From Klebsormidium nitens (taxonomy: Eukaryota > Plantae > Klebsormidiophyceae), in the NCBI GenBank assembly GCA_000708835.1, contig DF237046.1:132079-196078 (forward strand): DNA of 64,000 nt, given 5' to 3'. Positions 22,104-34,877 of the stretch are shown here, one piece after another. Numbering within the stretch: the stretch's first letter is position 1; each line of letters opens with the position of its first letter. The position numbers and the translations under genes are program-made. Below the pieces are notes generated by a model. The model was given only the letters and a program-made list of their open reading frames with translations, was not told the origin of the DNA and ran no database searches.

Positions 22104-23870
22104 GAGAATGGCAATGCGATAGCAACTACCGTAAGGTCGTCTTCACATGCCTTCCTACTTCCCTTTAAAGGCTCTCATGTTAGCCTGGGCATTGCAGGCA
22201 CCTGCCGCCATGGCGCTGCATCGTCCACTCGCGCGAGTCCCTAGTGCGTACACAGGCTACGCTTTGAAAGTGCTGTTGCCAATGCCATGCGTGACGGTGG
22301 TCACGGACCTGGTCACGTTCCGTTCATGCTGGAGCCTAGCTGGCCATGCAGCTCACATTTTATGCTACAGGTAGGTACCGTACCGTGTGTGTCTTATGCA
22401 TACCGCATGGCCAACTTTTGACAAAATAGGCCGTACGATTCAAAAGCGATGCAATTGGACGATCAGCATTGACCAAAATCACTGATTTCATCAACCGGTT
22501 GGTACCAAGGAGTACGTACCGTACTGGGCAACTTGGCGGCTGGCAAGTAGGATAGGCGGCCGCGCATGATCCAAACCAGATCGCTTCCGGCGCGGCCGGC
22601 CGGCGGCCGCCCAGGCTCCAAACCAGCCTACATAAGTAGCTCGTGACTGAGCGGCCGCGCGCGCGCAGGTTGTATATAGTTGTATAGATGCAAACATAAG
22701 TTTGACGATCAGCGCCGACGCGCTTTCAAAGACTATATTCCGTTTCTTGGAACATTTCTGACGTGTCCAAGTGATTCTTTCGCGCTAGTGCCAGTAGTAT
22801 TAGAATTTAGTGCTAGCTTAGTACGGTAAGTTTGTTGACCGGACTACCATCGCGGACCGAGCCCGCCCGCAGAGTGACTCTGGCAGGTGTCTTGCCACTC
22901 GAGCTATTGCCTGAGCTGGAGCAATGAGTGTCATACGTGAAATGAGGTGAATCATACTATACCAAAGAGCGCGTATTAGCTGATTCGAGGTTTGGAGGCT
23001 GGGAGATTGCAAGCGTTTAGACCGACCTCCTGCAACGCACAAAAGAGCTGTATGCAGATTTCAGAAGTTTACTTCCAACATACTACAGCAGGCCGGCAGC
23101 ACGGCCGGCAGCTTGCCGCCAACTTGATGCACTTGAACGTACGTAGGCCCATTGTTTAAATCCACCGTTCTCGTTTAGCATATCTTGGCACTCCGGAGAT
23201 GACGTCCTACTTGGCAGCGTCCCCTTAGACCCTTATTCCCTCATTGACAAGTTTCGAGGGTCTCAGAACACCTCTTTTAGGTAGCCTTGGGAGTACCGTA
23301 ATAACATCTGGCGACTGGTTTGAAACCCGACGACATTGCATTAAGATCCCAAATAAAATCTCGAACGAAAAGAAGCCTAGTGTGCGCGTGACGGCTTGGA
23401 GGGAAGAATCTGCTGACGAAAGAGACATGCATGGACAAACATCGATGTTGTGGGGATAATAAAAACCTGTCCCCTAGGGCCATTACAGCAGTTGCTGGAG
23501 ACTTCTCCAATATAAGCACTTACAGAAAAAGGCCGTCTGGTTGAGCGTTCATGAGAGCCTCCCCTGTTACACGACCTTGGTCTTTTCAAATTATGGGTGG
23601 CTTCAAGTTGCCTTGAATAGGGACACACACGCAACAAGAAGGAAGCACTGGCAGTACTAACCATCACGCTGCGGCCGACTCCTCCTCTCTGGATTCGGTC
23701 CCCGCACTTTTCAACTTAGCTTGGCAAAGATCCCTGACGTCAGGCCCGCAGCTTTCTAGGGGAGTGCCCTGACTTGGCCCTGCAATCCGGGTGCGCTCAT
23801 AGCAGCCCCTGTTGTTGCTTCTTGAAGGGCAGAAGTAGTGGGACGGGTAAAGAGGCGCACACCACCAAGA

Positions 23871-26713
23871 ATGACTTCCCAGGACGTCATGTCCCCATGT
23901 TCTACTAGCGGTCGTTCTGAGGGCCAGCTAAGCTCCCAAGCGGGACGCTGTCCCGTGTTTGAAGGGCTATACAACGCGAGCAAGCCAGGGCAGGAGCTAG
24001 TCAGGCTATGGCACGGAAGTGAACAGGACTTTGGCGCGGCATTTGAGCTTGGGGAGCTCGTGGGCGAAGGAGGTGAGGGCCTCTCGTTGTATTTGCACCC
24101 ACAGACTTGGAGTGTTGTTCAGGAAAGTGAAAGAGAGTCTTCACAAGGCCCTCACTGGATGCAGGCTCTTCCACACCACAATCATGTCACCGACTAATGC
24201 CATGACGTGCTTTTGTCGATTTGTGCCTTTGACCATGTTTTTACGTGGTGAAAGGCAAGGAAAGCAGGCGGTACGAACAATGTTCTCAGCAAGCAACGTA
24301 TGCGCCAATCTGAATCAACTCAGGAGTGGTGCAAGCAAAAAATTACTTCCCAGATGTGATAGTTGAATCGTGCAGGGTTTGCGGTTGTGCGGCGAGGCCG
24401 CTGTCCAGAATCCGGGGAGGACGTTGCGGTCAAAATTGTAGACAGGCAGCGCTATGGGAAACAGCATACGCAGAACCTGGATAGAGAAATCGCTATTCTG
24501 CAGCAGGTGGGTTGCTCCCTTGTTTTCACCAACTGCTGACATAATGCTGCCTTGCAACCGGTAGCGCGAGCTGCCCTCTAGCCCTCTTCGTCTTAACAGG
24601 TGGGAGATAGTAATGGGCTGGTTAAAAATGGTTGACTTTGTTTCCGTACCTGCAGCCTGTCCGGCTTTGAAGATAGATTGTCAAGTGGATCCCGTGAAAC
24701 GTGTCCTTATACGATGGACGCAGATTTCTGTTTCTTTCGTGTGGTGTAGTTGGATCACCCGCACCTGGTGCGGCTGAAGCGCGTGTATTTGTCGCCCCCC
24801 CGCGTGTACATTGTGACGGAGTTGCTGACGGGGGGCGAGCTGCTGGACGCGTTGACGGTGTGCGGCAAGTACCCGGAGCCTGACGCGCGGCGCATGATGG
24901 AACAGCTGCTGCAGGCCGTCGACTACCTGCACAGCCACGGCATTGCGCACAGGTCAGCACCCGGCGCGTGGGGCTGCTGTGCCGCATGCAAACATCGATG
25001 CGCCAAAGTTATGAAATCCCACACAAGAGAAGTCCGGAGAGATGCGTAGTTCTTGAGTCTTGCTGACCAATGAGCCTCAATTTTTTTGATACTCAGAAAT
25101 ATCCTTCTGCTCCCCAAAAGACCGCTTCTGGGCATTATAGGACGTAAGATCTACGAGCAGTCTCCGAAACTGCTTGCTGAGGTTTTTCAACGGCTTTTAA
25201 AGTGATCTGCAAAGGTGAAAGTGATCTGCAAAGGTGAAAGCTTTCCGTTGGTCTCACTTCGCCCGTGCCTTCCGTCACGCCTCAGGGACCTGAAGCTGGA
25301 GAACCTGCTGTTGGCGACGCACGCGCCCGCGGCCCCGCTCAAGATCGCGGACTTTGGGCTGTCCAAGTCGTTCCTGGAGGACCCGCTGCGCACCATTTGC
25401 GGCAGCCCGCAGTACGTGGCGCCCGAGGTGCTGTGCGTGGGCCTGCTGCGCGCGAGCTACGGCTGCGCCGCCGACCTGTGGAGCCTGGGCGTGGTGCTCT
25501 TCATCCTGCTCGCCGGCTTCTCGCCCTTCGACGACGACAGCGAGGCGCTCATGTTCGAGCGCATCCGCGCGGGCCGCTACTCCGTCGAGGGACCGCTCTG
25601 GGAGGGCGTCTCGCAGCCAGGTCAGGGCGGGGCACGGAAAGGGGCCGCTTCAAAGAACAGAACTCTCAGGGCCTAGCTCGCCCTCGTTGCTCGATAGTAA
25701 AGCTTTAGTGAGTCCTCCTCGGCTTGTCGTTAGAGCAAGCGGCCTCCTCGCGATACGTTTCTCTCAAGAGTTTGCCACGCGAAGTGCCGTTCGGAGACAC
25801 CGCGTCCGTGGTGCTCCCAAGTTTGTTACTTGCAGCAGTAGGTACAGAATGTACGCCGCCTTGCGCTTCACCTCTCTGGCTTCCTCTCCTTGCAGCTCGC
25901 GACCTGGTCCGTCAGTTGCTGTGCGTGGACCCGAAACGGCGGCTGACTGCGGCGCAGGCGTTGCAGCACCCCTGGATCTGCGAGCAGCACGTGCCCAGCA
26001 GCAGCCCCGAGGGGGCGTCCCCTGAGGCGGCCACGCGGCCCAAGATGTCGCCCAGGAGGCCCACCATCAAGGGCCTCGACAAGGTGGGGCTGTCATTTGG
26101 AGCCACTCGTGGCGGCGCAAGCTCACGAAGGGCGGGCTCCGGAAAGGAACCGGGACTCTTTTGCACACTCTGGACAACGGTTTGATACATTTGATTGACG
26201 CAGATGACGCAAGCTGGCGTCCTGAAACGTGGAATTCGATCCATATTATCCATTCGCCAATCATTATTTTCCTTCCCCTCAGTTTTTGGCACCCGGAATT
26301 TTCATGTCGACCACAAGTCTGGATGATAACTTCAGTAATCAGAAACAGAATTTTGACAAGCGTGGCTGTCCTTTTTCGTGCAGCTGGTCCTCCAGAGCCG
26401 CAGCCCCAACCAGTCCGCCCCCGACAGCCCCCGCGGCAGTCCCCGCCACGAGCCGCCCGTCAGCCCCGGGCCCGGTAGCCCCGCCAAGGGGAAACCCGGC
26501 TCCTCGAGCCCACGCTGCAAGGGGGATCCCCGGGATGACAAGGCCGGGGGAGTCACCGGCCGGCTGCCGGCTTCTCCCCGGTCTCCCGCTCCCAGCAGTC
26601 CGCTGAGCAGGCGATGGGACTCGTCAGATGGGGCGCATCAAGCCATCAGGGAGGTCAAGAGAGTGGGCACCCCGAAGGCGTTGCTCGCGCAAATTGGCAA
26701 ACTGCTGCGGTAA
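23871..26713 (+). CDS. Ser/Thr protein kinase, CAMK group, no EF-hands, Ser/Pro-rich tail
   Basis: Exons give FELGELVGEG/GFAVVRRGRC..DVAVKIVDR..LDREIAILQQ; [85 protein letters not shown]; ARDLVRQLLCVDPKRRLTAAQALQHPWI; final exon ends AQIGKLLR*. Confidence 0.92.
25200..25240. repeat. Perfect 19-nt tandem duplication in a kinase intron
   Basis: (aagtgatctgcaaaggtga) x2 plus aag. Confidence 0.9.
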
Positions 26714-28024
26714 AGGCCGCTAGATCTCACGATGGACTGATTGGGTGGGAGAATGGCGAATATGCAAGCGTGTTGCGAGATGATCGAGAGGCCGCTTCTT
26801 CCGAGCGCGGCTTTTATAACGGATGAAAGAGGGTAACAGGTACACAAGTTGTGCTGCCGGCCGCATCTTACTCTCAGTTTGAAACGTTTCAGCGTTGAAC
26901 GTCGATCGATGTAAGTAGCGCGCGCAGAGGATGAGTTGAGTTATAGAGTCGGTTCCACCGACTTAACCCGAGGCTTCTTTTAAAGTCTTACTTATGCAAT
27001 ATATCTGGCCAAGGTCGATCAACGTGCACGAAGAGATCGCGGCTGCCTGCATCGAGTTCTTCCTCGACGTGCCAAAAACTCTTAATTTAAGCAGAAATGT
27101 ATCCTGCACCCAGTGATGAGGGCCTTCTATACCAGAAGCCACTTCAATGTAAAAACTAATGCATTGAAGCTACAAGATGCATGACACTGTGTTGGAGTGA
27201 CGTGAATTCGCCAGTGATATGCTTGAACGTCATGAAAGGGGGACGATATAGGCCTAGATCAGTCATATGAAGGGTGCAGCAAACTTAAAGCCTTTCCAGT
27301 TGCGCAGACGTACAAAGTTGCATGCGCTCCGTACATCAACACCGGGCTTTTAGGTAAATGCTGATCATATCACAGCGCATGAGTGATTTAGGCCTGTAAG
27401 CTCGCGCGCCAAATCGACCGAAAAGACTTCATTGAAGTCGGCATCTCTTATCGCACGATCTCTGCTCATGTACGGTAGACCATGCGGCAGAGCTAAGGTC
27501 AGATTGATGGGCCGCACCGATCGCCTTGTTCAGAGAGAGTTTATCGCGAGTTGCCAAAACATATTGAGGATCAGGACCACCAAACGCACATTTTGCGCCT
27601 ACTTTGAATCATTGAAGTGTGCTGCAATGATCATTTACACAATAGCTGGACCGTCGCAGATTGATTGTGTGAGCGTTCGCATATGTACCAGCGCGCCAGG
27701 CTTGGACCACTTGTGCTAATTTCTCAGATCATGCATGTGCAGTTCCGCGCATGTTAAGCTGATGTCCATGTTCATCCGACCACACGAGCTTTTCTTGGCA
27801 CCCACTGACTGCCTCCTTTGGCGATACTAGACCATATTGAATGATGCAACAGATCGATCTCGCTGACTAATGCTTGCTCAGGCAATCTCGCCGCAACAAC
27901 GACCGCCTCCTCTTTCGAGGAGCAAAAATCTAAAAGCACGATCCGGCATTGGCGTGCAAGCAGCTACCTGCGATTAATGCACGTACCTGTCACCAAGTTT
28001 TCTGCAAATGGCAACGAATCAAGG

Positions 28025-31000
28025 TTACCGATTGTGTTTCTGGTTGTGACTATTATTCTGCTGTACGCTTAGACTTCTAAGCAAGTCGATGAACACAGCA
28101 CCCCCGTCGTCCGCATTCCCGGCTGCTTCTTCGTCTCTGTAGTCCTCCGCAGCCTGAAATGCAAATACACCGCAGATAAGTGCGGACGTCAGAGTAGCTG
28201 GCAGTGCTAGCAACGGAAGGAGAAACTGGTACCCGTTCCAGCGCACTTACTGAGGTCTATGCGCAGCTTTGGAGCAGAAAACTTCCCGAATAAGAAATGC
28301 TTCAACAACCTGGTCTCGCATCTCTTCGAACTGAGCCCGAAAGGCAGCGGGCCCTGCCACCTGGCCAAAAGGCCTCATCTTTCCATAAAACATCCTCAAC
28401 AGGGGTTAAGTTCAGGGGTAACCGTCTCTACTCAAGCACACTATGTGCTGGCGGCGATAGCAGCCGTGTGCCTCTCCCCCTCGCTCACCTGCTTGGACAG
28501 TTTATTGGTGGCGATGACGGAGGCGAGGTCGTCGAAGGCGATGGCCCGCGGCCGGCTGCTGCTGCCCGCCTCCTCCGCGACCGCGTCAAACTCCTTGAGG
28601 TAGTCCCGCAGCGGCAGGTACGCCGCCTGCTTCGCAATCTCCGTCAGGTCGCTCCCGCTGCATGCGCACACAGCGCTGGTCAGGGCCGCGCTCACCGCAT
28701 CACCGGCCTATGTTTAGACGACCTCAAAGCGCCGGCAAGCGATCTTTTGCAGCAGTTTCGTGCGAAAGGCAGTCCAAAACACAGTCCGGAAGTAAGCAAA
28801 AAAGACATCGGAGATCGCATGCAACGGCTTTGAAGACGCAGAGCAGCCCCTTTGCGCGGCTGACCTGTACCCCTCGGTCATGTCTGCGAGCGCGTGCGTG
28901 TCGATGCCGTCCTCGACGTTCTCCCCCTCAAGCAGAACCTCCAGGATCGCCGCGCGCTGCGAGCGGTCCGGCATGCCCACCTCGAACGTGCGCGGCAGTC
29001 GCCGCAGGATCGCTGGGTCCAGGTCGTACGGCCTGCAGAGAAGGCGGGGGGAAACATGCCGGCCTTATGATTGGGATTAAGGCTACAATCATCCGGCAGC
29101 CACTATCAGATCGTCCCAGAAAAGTGGAACTTTAAAGCGAACAGGCTAAGAAAAGTAGCATCGGGTCTGATTTATATGTCACTGCTCATTCCCATATTTT
29201 GAGGGGCCCCGACCTTTCCATAACTGACTGCTCGTATTTGACCTCCTTATTGTAAGTTCTGCCGCCGATGAGTGAGCCTGGGGATGAGGCGGGAAGAACA
29301 CGAACTCAATACCAGATGCCGTCGTAGTGGCTGATAAGAACGGAACCATTCCAACAGTCGAGGCTACAGATTTCAATCCTAACATGAAATCAATTCTCAA
29401 CAGACGTCCATGCAGAAACGCGAGCTCACCTGTTTGTGGCAGCAAGCACGATCACTTGGGCGTTTGCATCGGCTGCAGAGATAAGGACCCCCAGCTTAGA
29501 AGGCGGAGTTGCATGCACAGTGTTCCCTGCATCCTATTTCCTGGCGCAGCTGCTGGCAGCCAGCTGGGACGACGGTGCCGGCGACAGGCGCAGAAGCAAG
29601 GCCAGCGCAGGCAGCACAACTTACTAACATACCGTTAGTTACATGGACGGCAAGTGATTGTTGGCCAACGTGCTGCGGGTAACTGTGGAGCAAGGTGCGA
29701 GGCGGCTCACTGTTGAAGCCGTCCCAGAGCGCCATGAACTCGGTCTTCATGAGGTTGGTGGCCTCGTGCTCGGAGGACACGCCGCGCTTGCCCAGGAAGC
29801 TGTCGATCTCGTCCATGAAGATGATGGCCGGCTGCAGCTTGTACGCCAAACTGAACACCGCGGCCACTGCACAGCCACACGCCCCAGTCAAGCCACTGCC
29901 CAGGCCATCGAAGGGTCATTGGAGCCGTCCAGAGACAAACTCAGTCATGTCCTCCGTGTCCAATCCTGCTTGGACAGACATGTTGATGGTGAAACCAACA
30001 AGACTTTAATACCGAGCTGTCAAGCATTGGGCCGTTCAAAGGCACAAAAAACTCCTCAGGAGAGGCTCTTCGAAGGGCTCTTTTTGAGCCCCAAGTCTGC
30101 CGCAGTTCCGGAAGAAACACGAAATCTCATGCCAAAAATCAAAACGATGCTTACCCAGCTTCTGCGCATCCCCAAACCACTTGCTGGCCAGGTTGGAGAA
30201 GCGCACGTTGATGAAGCACGCCTCTGACTCCTTGGCGATGGCCTTGGCCAGCATGGTCTTGCCCGTGCCGGGGGGACCGTACAGGAGCACGCCCTTCAGT
30301 GGCCGCAGCAGCTTGCCGCTCATGAACAGGTCGGGGCGCTGCAGAACAGGGAGTGTCAGCGGACCAGGCTTTCTACAACAAAAAGGAATATACACAAACA
30401 GGGCTCGTTGAGGTATTGTATGGTGAATTGGTGCAAGTCAGCCAGCTTTTGAACATCGTAACAAGATGTCGGCCTTGGACACTCATGAGCTTTGTCCCTG
30501 CCTGTCACCCCGGGGCCGGCCTACCTTGAGCGGCAGCACCACGAGCTCCTTGAGTGCGGACTTGACATCGTCTAGGCCCCCAACACATGAGAAGTCTACG
30601 TTGATGTCGTTGGAATCGACCACGTCGCACGCGATCACATCCTGGCAGGATACAAGTAAAAACCTCGTCAGAAGTGACATCAGGGAAGCGAAGTTTCAGT
30701 GGCAAGCAGAGGGGGCCTTTGGCAGACCGCTCAAAGAATAGGCACCTCACCACAGAATTGGTACGGAAGTGGCGAATGCCCACTTAGTGATCTCAATATC
30801 CCCGTGTCAATCAGGACATCAATCATCAAAGCCACTTGAAGCAAGCAGACCCTGTCAAGGATGCGCTGGGCTTGCCACGTAGAGCCTCCAAGGCCATACA
30901 CACCTCTTTCCAGCATATGCAACTTTGTGGAAAAACCACAGTGCCTCCTTGACAGATCTTTCACCGCACTTCTACGACGACAGGAAACATTAGGTCAGCT

Positions 31001-31283
31001 CAAGGAGTGAACTTCCTCAAGCCTTCGATGGTTGACTTTTCAAAGGATTTCTGAGCTCAGTGCAGCGGCTGCATCTGCGGCCCAGAAACCTTCCCTTCTA
31101 GCCTTGCTCAATTACCTCGTAAGCGTTGAGCTTGATCGGCCTTCCGAGTCTCCTGCCTAGCTCTTTCTTCTTCTTCTTCGCGTCGGAGGCTATGATGCGG
31201 GATGGATCCAGCTGGCGCAGCCCAAACATTACACAGGACACACATAACAAGCCGACAACCGACGCTATCAGAGTATCCTGCAC
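28025..31283 (-). CDS. MSP1: MSP1/ATAD1 membrane-anchored AAA+ dislocase
   Basis: N-terminal TM helix plus [24 protein letters not shown] / [28 protein letters not shown] / [39 protein letters not shown] / [37 protein letters not shown] / [27 protein letters not shown]; last exon 28153-28025 AAEDYRDEE... The 31283 boundary is an acceptor, so a short upstream start exon (possibly ~31830-31900) is unresolved. Confidence 0.95.
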
Positions 31284-32119
31284 ATGACAAGACGCTCTTC
31301 AATATTTTGCGGTGGTGGACCCTGGAGGGGACAATGCTGTGGAAAAACACAAAAGAGGACAACACTGATGCTAGCAAAGCCCTAGATCTGTACAGCATAG
31401 CCTCAGCGGAGAAGATGGGACAGGATACATCATTGCCGGCAGCACCGGGGGCTTGTCAATGATTGGAGGCGCACCGTTGCCTGCTGAGCAAAGGTCTTCC
31501 CCATCGCGGACAGGTGCCCTCAATTGACTCCCCTTTCAAACTCTACTCCTCAGTTTTCTGGTTCCGTAGGGGGGTGCAAAAACTTGAGAAAGAAGCTAGC
31601 TCAACCAAACATACTCCTTCTTGTTCTCAGAACAACATGACGAGTACTGCGCTTTCCACCGAAAGGAAATCTGTCCCTTTCACTGTTCAACTTCAGAGAG
31701 CTCGAACTATGCAGATGGAGCTGGGAAGGTGAAAGCGCCAATCCTCCACCTGCAACTTGAAGTTGTAACATGTCGTCTGCAAATTCAAGAGTGACGAACT
31801 GGCCAGCTGGGTGACGAACTGAAGGCCCAACCTGCAAGTTTTGTAGTCTGTATCGCGACCGTCCAAAGTCGGCTTGCAAGTAGAATCGACTGCCTAAAAT
31901 GTCCGCCTGCTATAGGGGGCTTGACCGTCTGCCAGCTGGCAGCCACATGGCACAGACGGCCAGTTCACAAAGCTTCTGCCCAGCTCCGCTCTGCAATTTC
32001 AAAACCTTGAGCGCAAGCAGATCAGCAGGGCTGAAACTTCAAGAAAGGGGGGCGGGTGTCCAGCATTCCTTTCATGAACTCTGAACAGAGGGAGCCGGCC
32101 CCGCTTGTGCGCGACCAGC

Positions 32120-34379
32120 ATGTCTACCTTCACGTATAAGCCCCGCCAGCAGGACCCGGGCGTGGCCACTGAGAAGTCGACGAGCTACAGCCAGGGGTAT
32201 GCGGACCGTGCAGCCGGGGCGCCCCCTGCTGCAGCCAATGCCAGGCATGGAGCTGGCACGTTTCCACCATCGCAGGGATATGCCCCAAGTGACCGCGCCG
32301 GGGGATATTCGCAGTACCAGCGGCCACGCACAGTTGGGGATGTCATGGTGGACGCAATCGGCGGGCTCTTCAATGGCCTCTGGGGAGCATCTCACACAGT
32401 AGCCAGGTAGGGCAGGCTGGTCCGAGATTGCTGGGCCTATGAGAGATGCATGCAAACGACCGCAAGCATGATTAACGTCTGTGGGCGGTGGAGTACTGCG
32501 GAACATCTCTGGCAGCATTACAACCCATCTTGTATCAATGCACCCAATTGACGCAGGTGTGGTGGTGCTCCGGTCCCCTTTTCATGCCAGCTATTGGTTG
32601 CAGGGTCGACTTGAAGCGGCCATTCCGGTACAGCGGTCCCGTCATACATGGAGCAAGGCCCGAAGATGATGAGTTTACATACCGCGGCAGGAAAGCGCGC
32701 CGTAGCCGGGCTGTAGCGACGCCACCAGGAGCAATGTATGTCAGGTGGGGCAAAGAGGAACGAGCAGCCTTGTGAACACCACCTTACATATGACAAACAA
32801 GGACAAAGGCAACAATTTGAAGGGGCATCATGCCCCGGATTAAAGAAGGGCCACTGGATTCCTTCCATATGAAGATGCCTTGGTGTTGTTGCTATCCATC
32901 ATTAGTCATTTTCTAACCACTTCATCATGCCAAGTGTCAGAAGGTTTAGCCTGAAATGTTTTGCCGTTGGTTCGATTTTGCTGTTTGATGCTAGTACCGA
33001 ATGTCAAACAGATATTCACTTCTTGGAGGCAGACAGCAATTGAGCTTGTGTCGTTTGATTGGTCTAACCAAACATCTCCGTTCGCTCACTGCAGAATGGT
33101 TAGTGGTATAGGGGCTGACCTTGTTTGTATCTTCTTGTTCTCCTTGTTTTAGCGGGCCCTACAGCGACGTATCTCCAAGCGCTCCTCCGGCGGAGCTGGT
33201 GGACGAATCTGGGCGGATGGTGTCCTGGCGGGGCAGCCTGCGGGGGCCAGGTGGAGCGCGCCTCAAGCTCATGCAGGTGAACCAGGGGCCCTCCCCGTGC
33301 AGCCTTGCTCTGCACAATCCTAGAAGACCACACTGCTTGTAGGTCGACTGCCCCACTTCCGGATCGTTCACCTTTTGTATTACTCATGTCAGAGGATGCT
33401 TCGCGAGAGAGCCACCCCCTTAGAGAAATAAAGTGGGAAGCTGTGGAGCTTTTGACTCCCCTCACCTTCAAGATGTCCTCTTCTTTTCATTAGTTCCTTT
33501 GGTTCATTGAGCGAGGGCCCTTCCACATGGGGCCTCTGGGTCCCGGTGGCGAAAACTCATCTCTTTTCGATATGTAGGTCTTATAGCTGTTTTGGGCTGC
33601 TATCGTCCCCCTCCATTGAGTCTGCCGTCAAAACAGCACCAAACAATAAAATCTGCCCTGCTTCAGATCTGGGACGTCGCCTCCCCCGAGGGCGACAGGC
33701 CCTCGTTCAACTTTGGTGCGGGCGTCAACTTCGACATGGACAGCAACCGGCTGACGCCCAAGTGCCGGTTCAAGTCGGACCAGGTGGGCCTGCTGCTGCT
33801 GCCGGAGCCCGCCCTGGAGCTCAAGGGCAAGTGGCGCGTCTTTGACAGCCCACTCGCGGTGGACGTCAAGTACCAGTGCCCCGTCACCAACTTCACGCGC
33901 TTCTGGGAGAGCCCCGCTAAAGTGCGCGTGCGCTTCTTCAATGCCAACCATGCCGGCCTGCACATCACCCCCGTCGGTGAGGGACGTGCTCTGAGTGCCC
34001 TCTAAGCGTAGGCTGTTGAGGGCATTAGGGGGTTGGGGTCTGCAAAATCACTTAGAGACGTTCAATGTTTATTCGAATCCGGCAAAGTCTACTCCCATGT
34101 TCGAGGTCGTCCTGTGGTCGGGTGCATAGGAACTTCACAAAAGCTTTGTAGGCACCTCTTCCAAGGTTCACGAGCTATCCCGACAAGGCATGTCGCTGAG
34201 TCCTTCTTCCCCCTTCTCCAGGTGTCGAATTCGAAGATCGTGACCTCAAGCTCGGGAAGTATGCCAGCCTGCGTGTTGCGGCGGCAGTTGATTTCCCTCG
34301 GCAGCTGCCACTCGAAGAAGGGGATCAAGCGCTCAATGTCCGAGTGAGCAGGCTGGGGCTAAAGGCCAGGATAAATTGA
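32120..34379 (+). CDS. Uncharacterised ~340-aa protein with a beta-strand-rich C-terminal half
   Basis: Five exons join in frame with canonical phases: MSTFTYKPRQQDP..SHTVAR / VDLKRPFRYSGP..PPGA / IGPYSDVSP..LKLMQ / IWDVASPEGDRPSFNFGAGVNFDMDS..LHITPV / GVEFEDRDLKLGKYASLRVAAAVDFPRQLPLEEGDQALNVRVSRLGLKARIN*. Confidence 0.75.
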
Positions 34380-34877
34380 CACCCATGTTATGGTGAAACA
34401 CCGGCCCACCACCATTATGACGTCTCAACTGCTTTTGACCTGGACAATCACCAAGAAGGACACTTGCTGCACCGAAGTGCCAACTTTCGCTCAAGGGTGT
34501 TCTGCTCGCATCCTTGACGATGCGCATGACTTAGCATGCCCCAGAATACGAAGCTTTTTTAAGACGTCATGAATCTTAAGATATCGTGAGAACAAGTACG
34601 TTTGCTGCATGAAATCAACATGGGGGCCGCAGTTACGTAAGGTCTATTTTGCTCATAGTCGGACCTTGAAACGGCATTTGCATTATACCCATGCCAGGCA
34701 ATACAATGGCCGTGTAGACACATGAATCTGAGCGAGATGTCAGATATGGATGAACAAGAAGCTATGTTTATTGTTGTCCGGCCTCATCAAATTTTGCAGC
34801 CGAGCATGCAGAACCGATCAAGCAGCGTTCCACCAAGAAGTTGACCACTCCTCTTGCTTGTGTGCCTTCATCATCAG

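Noticed and set aside
28247-28330. Alternative MSP1 terminal exon ([14 protein letters not shown])
   Set aside because: The exon at 28153-28025 (AAEDY..) matches the plant MSP1 C-terminal pattern better; no support for the alternative.
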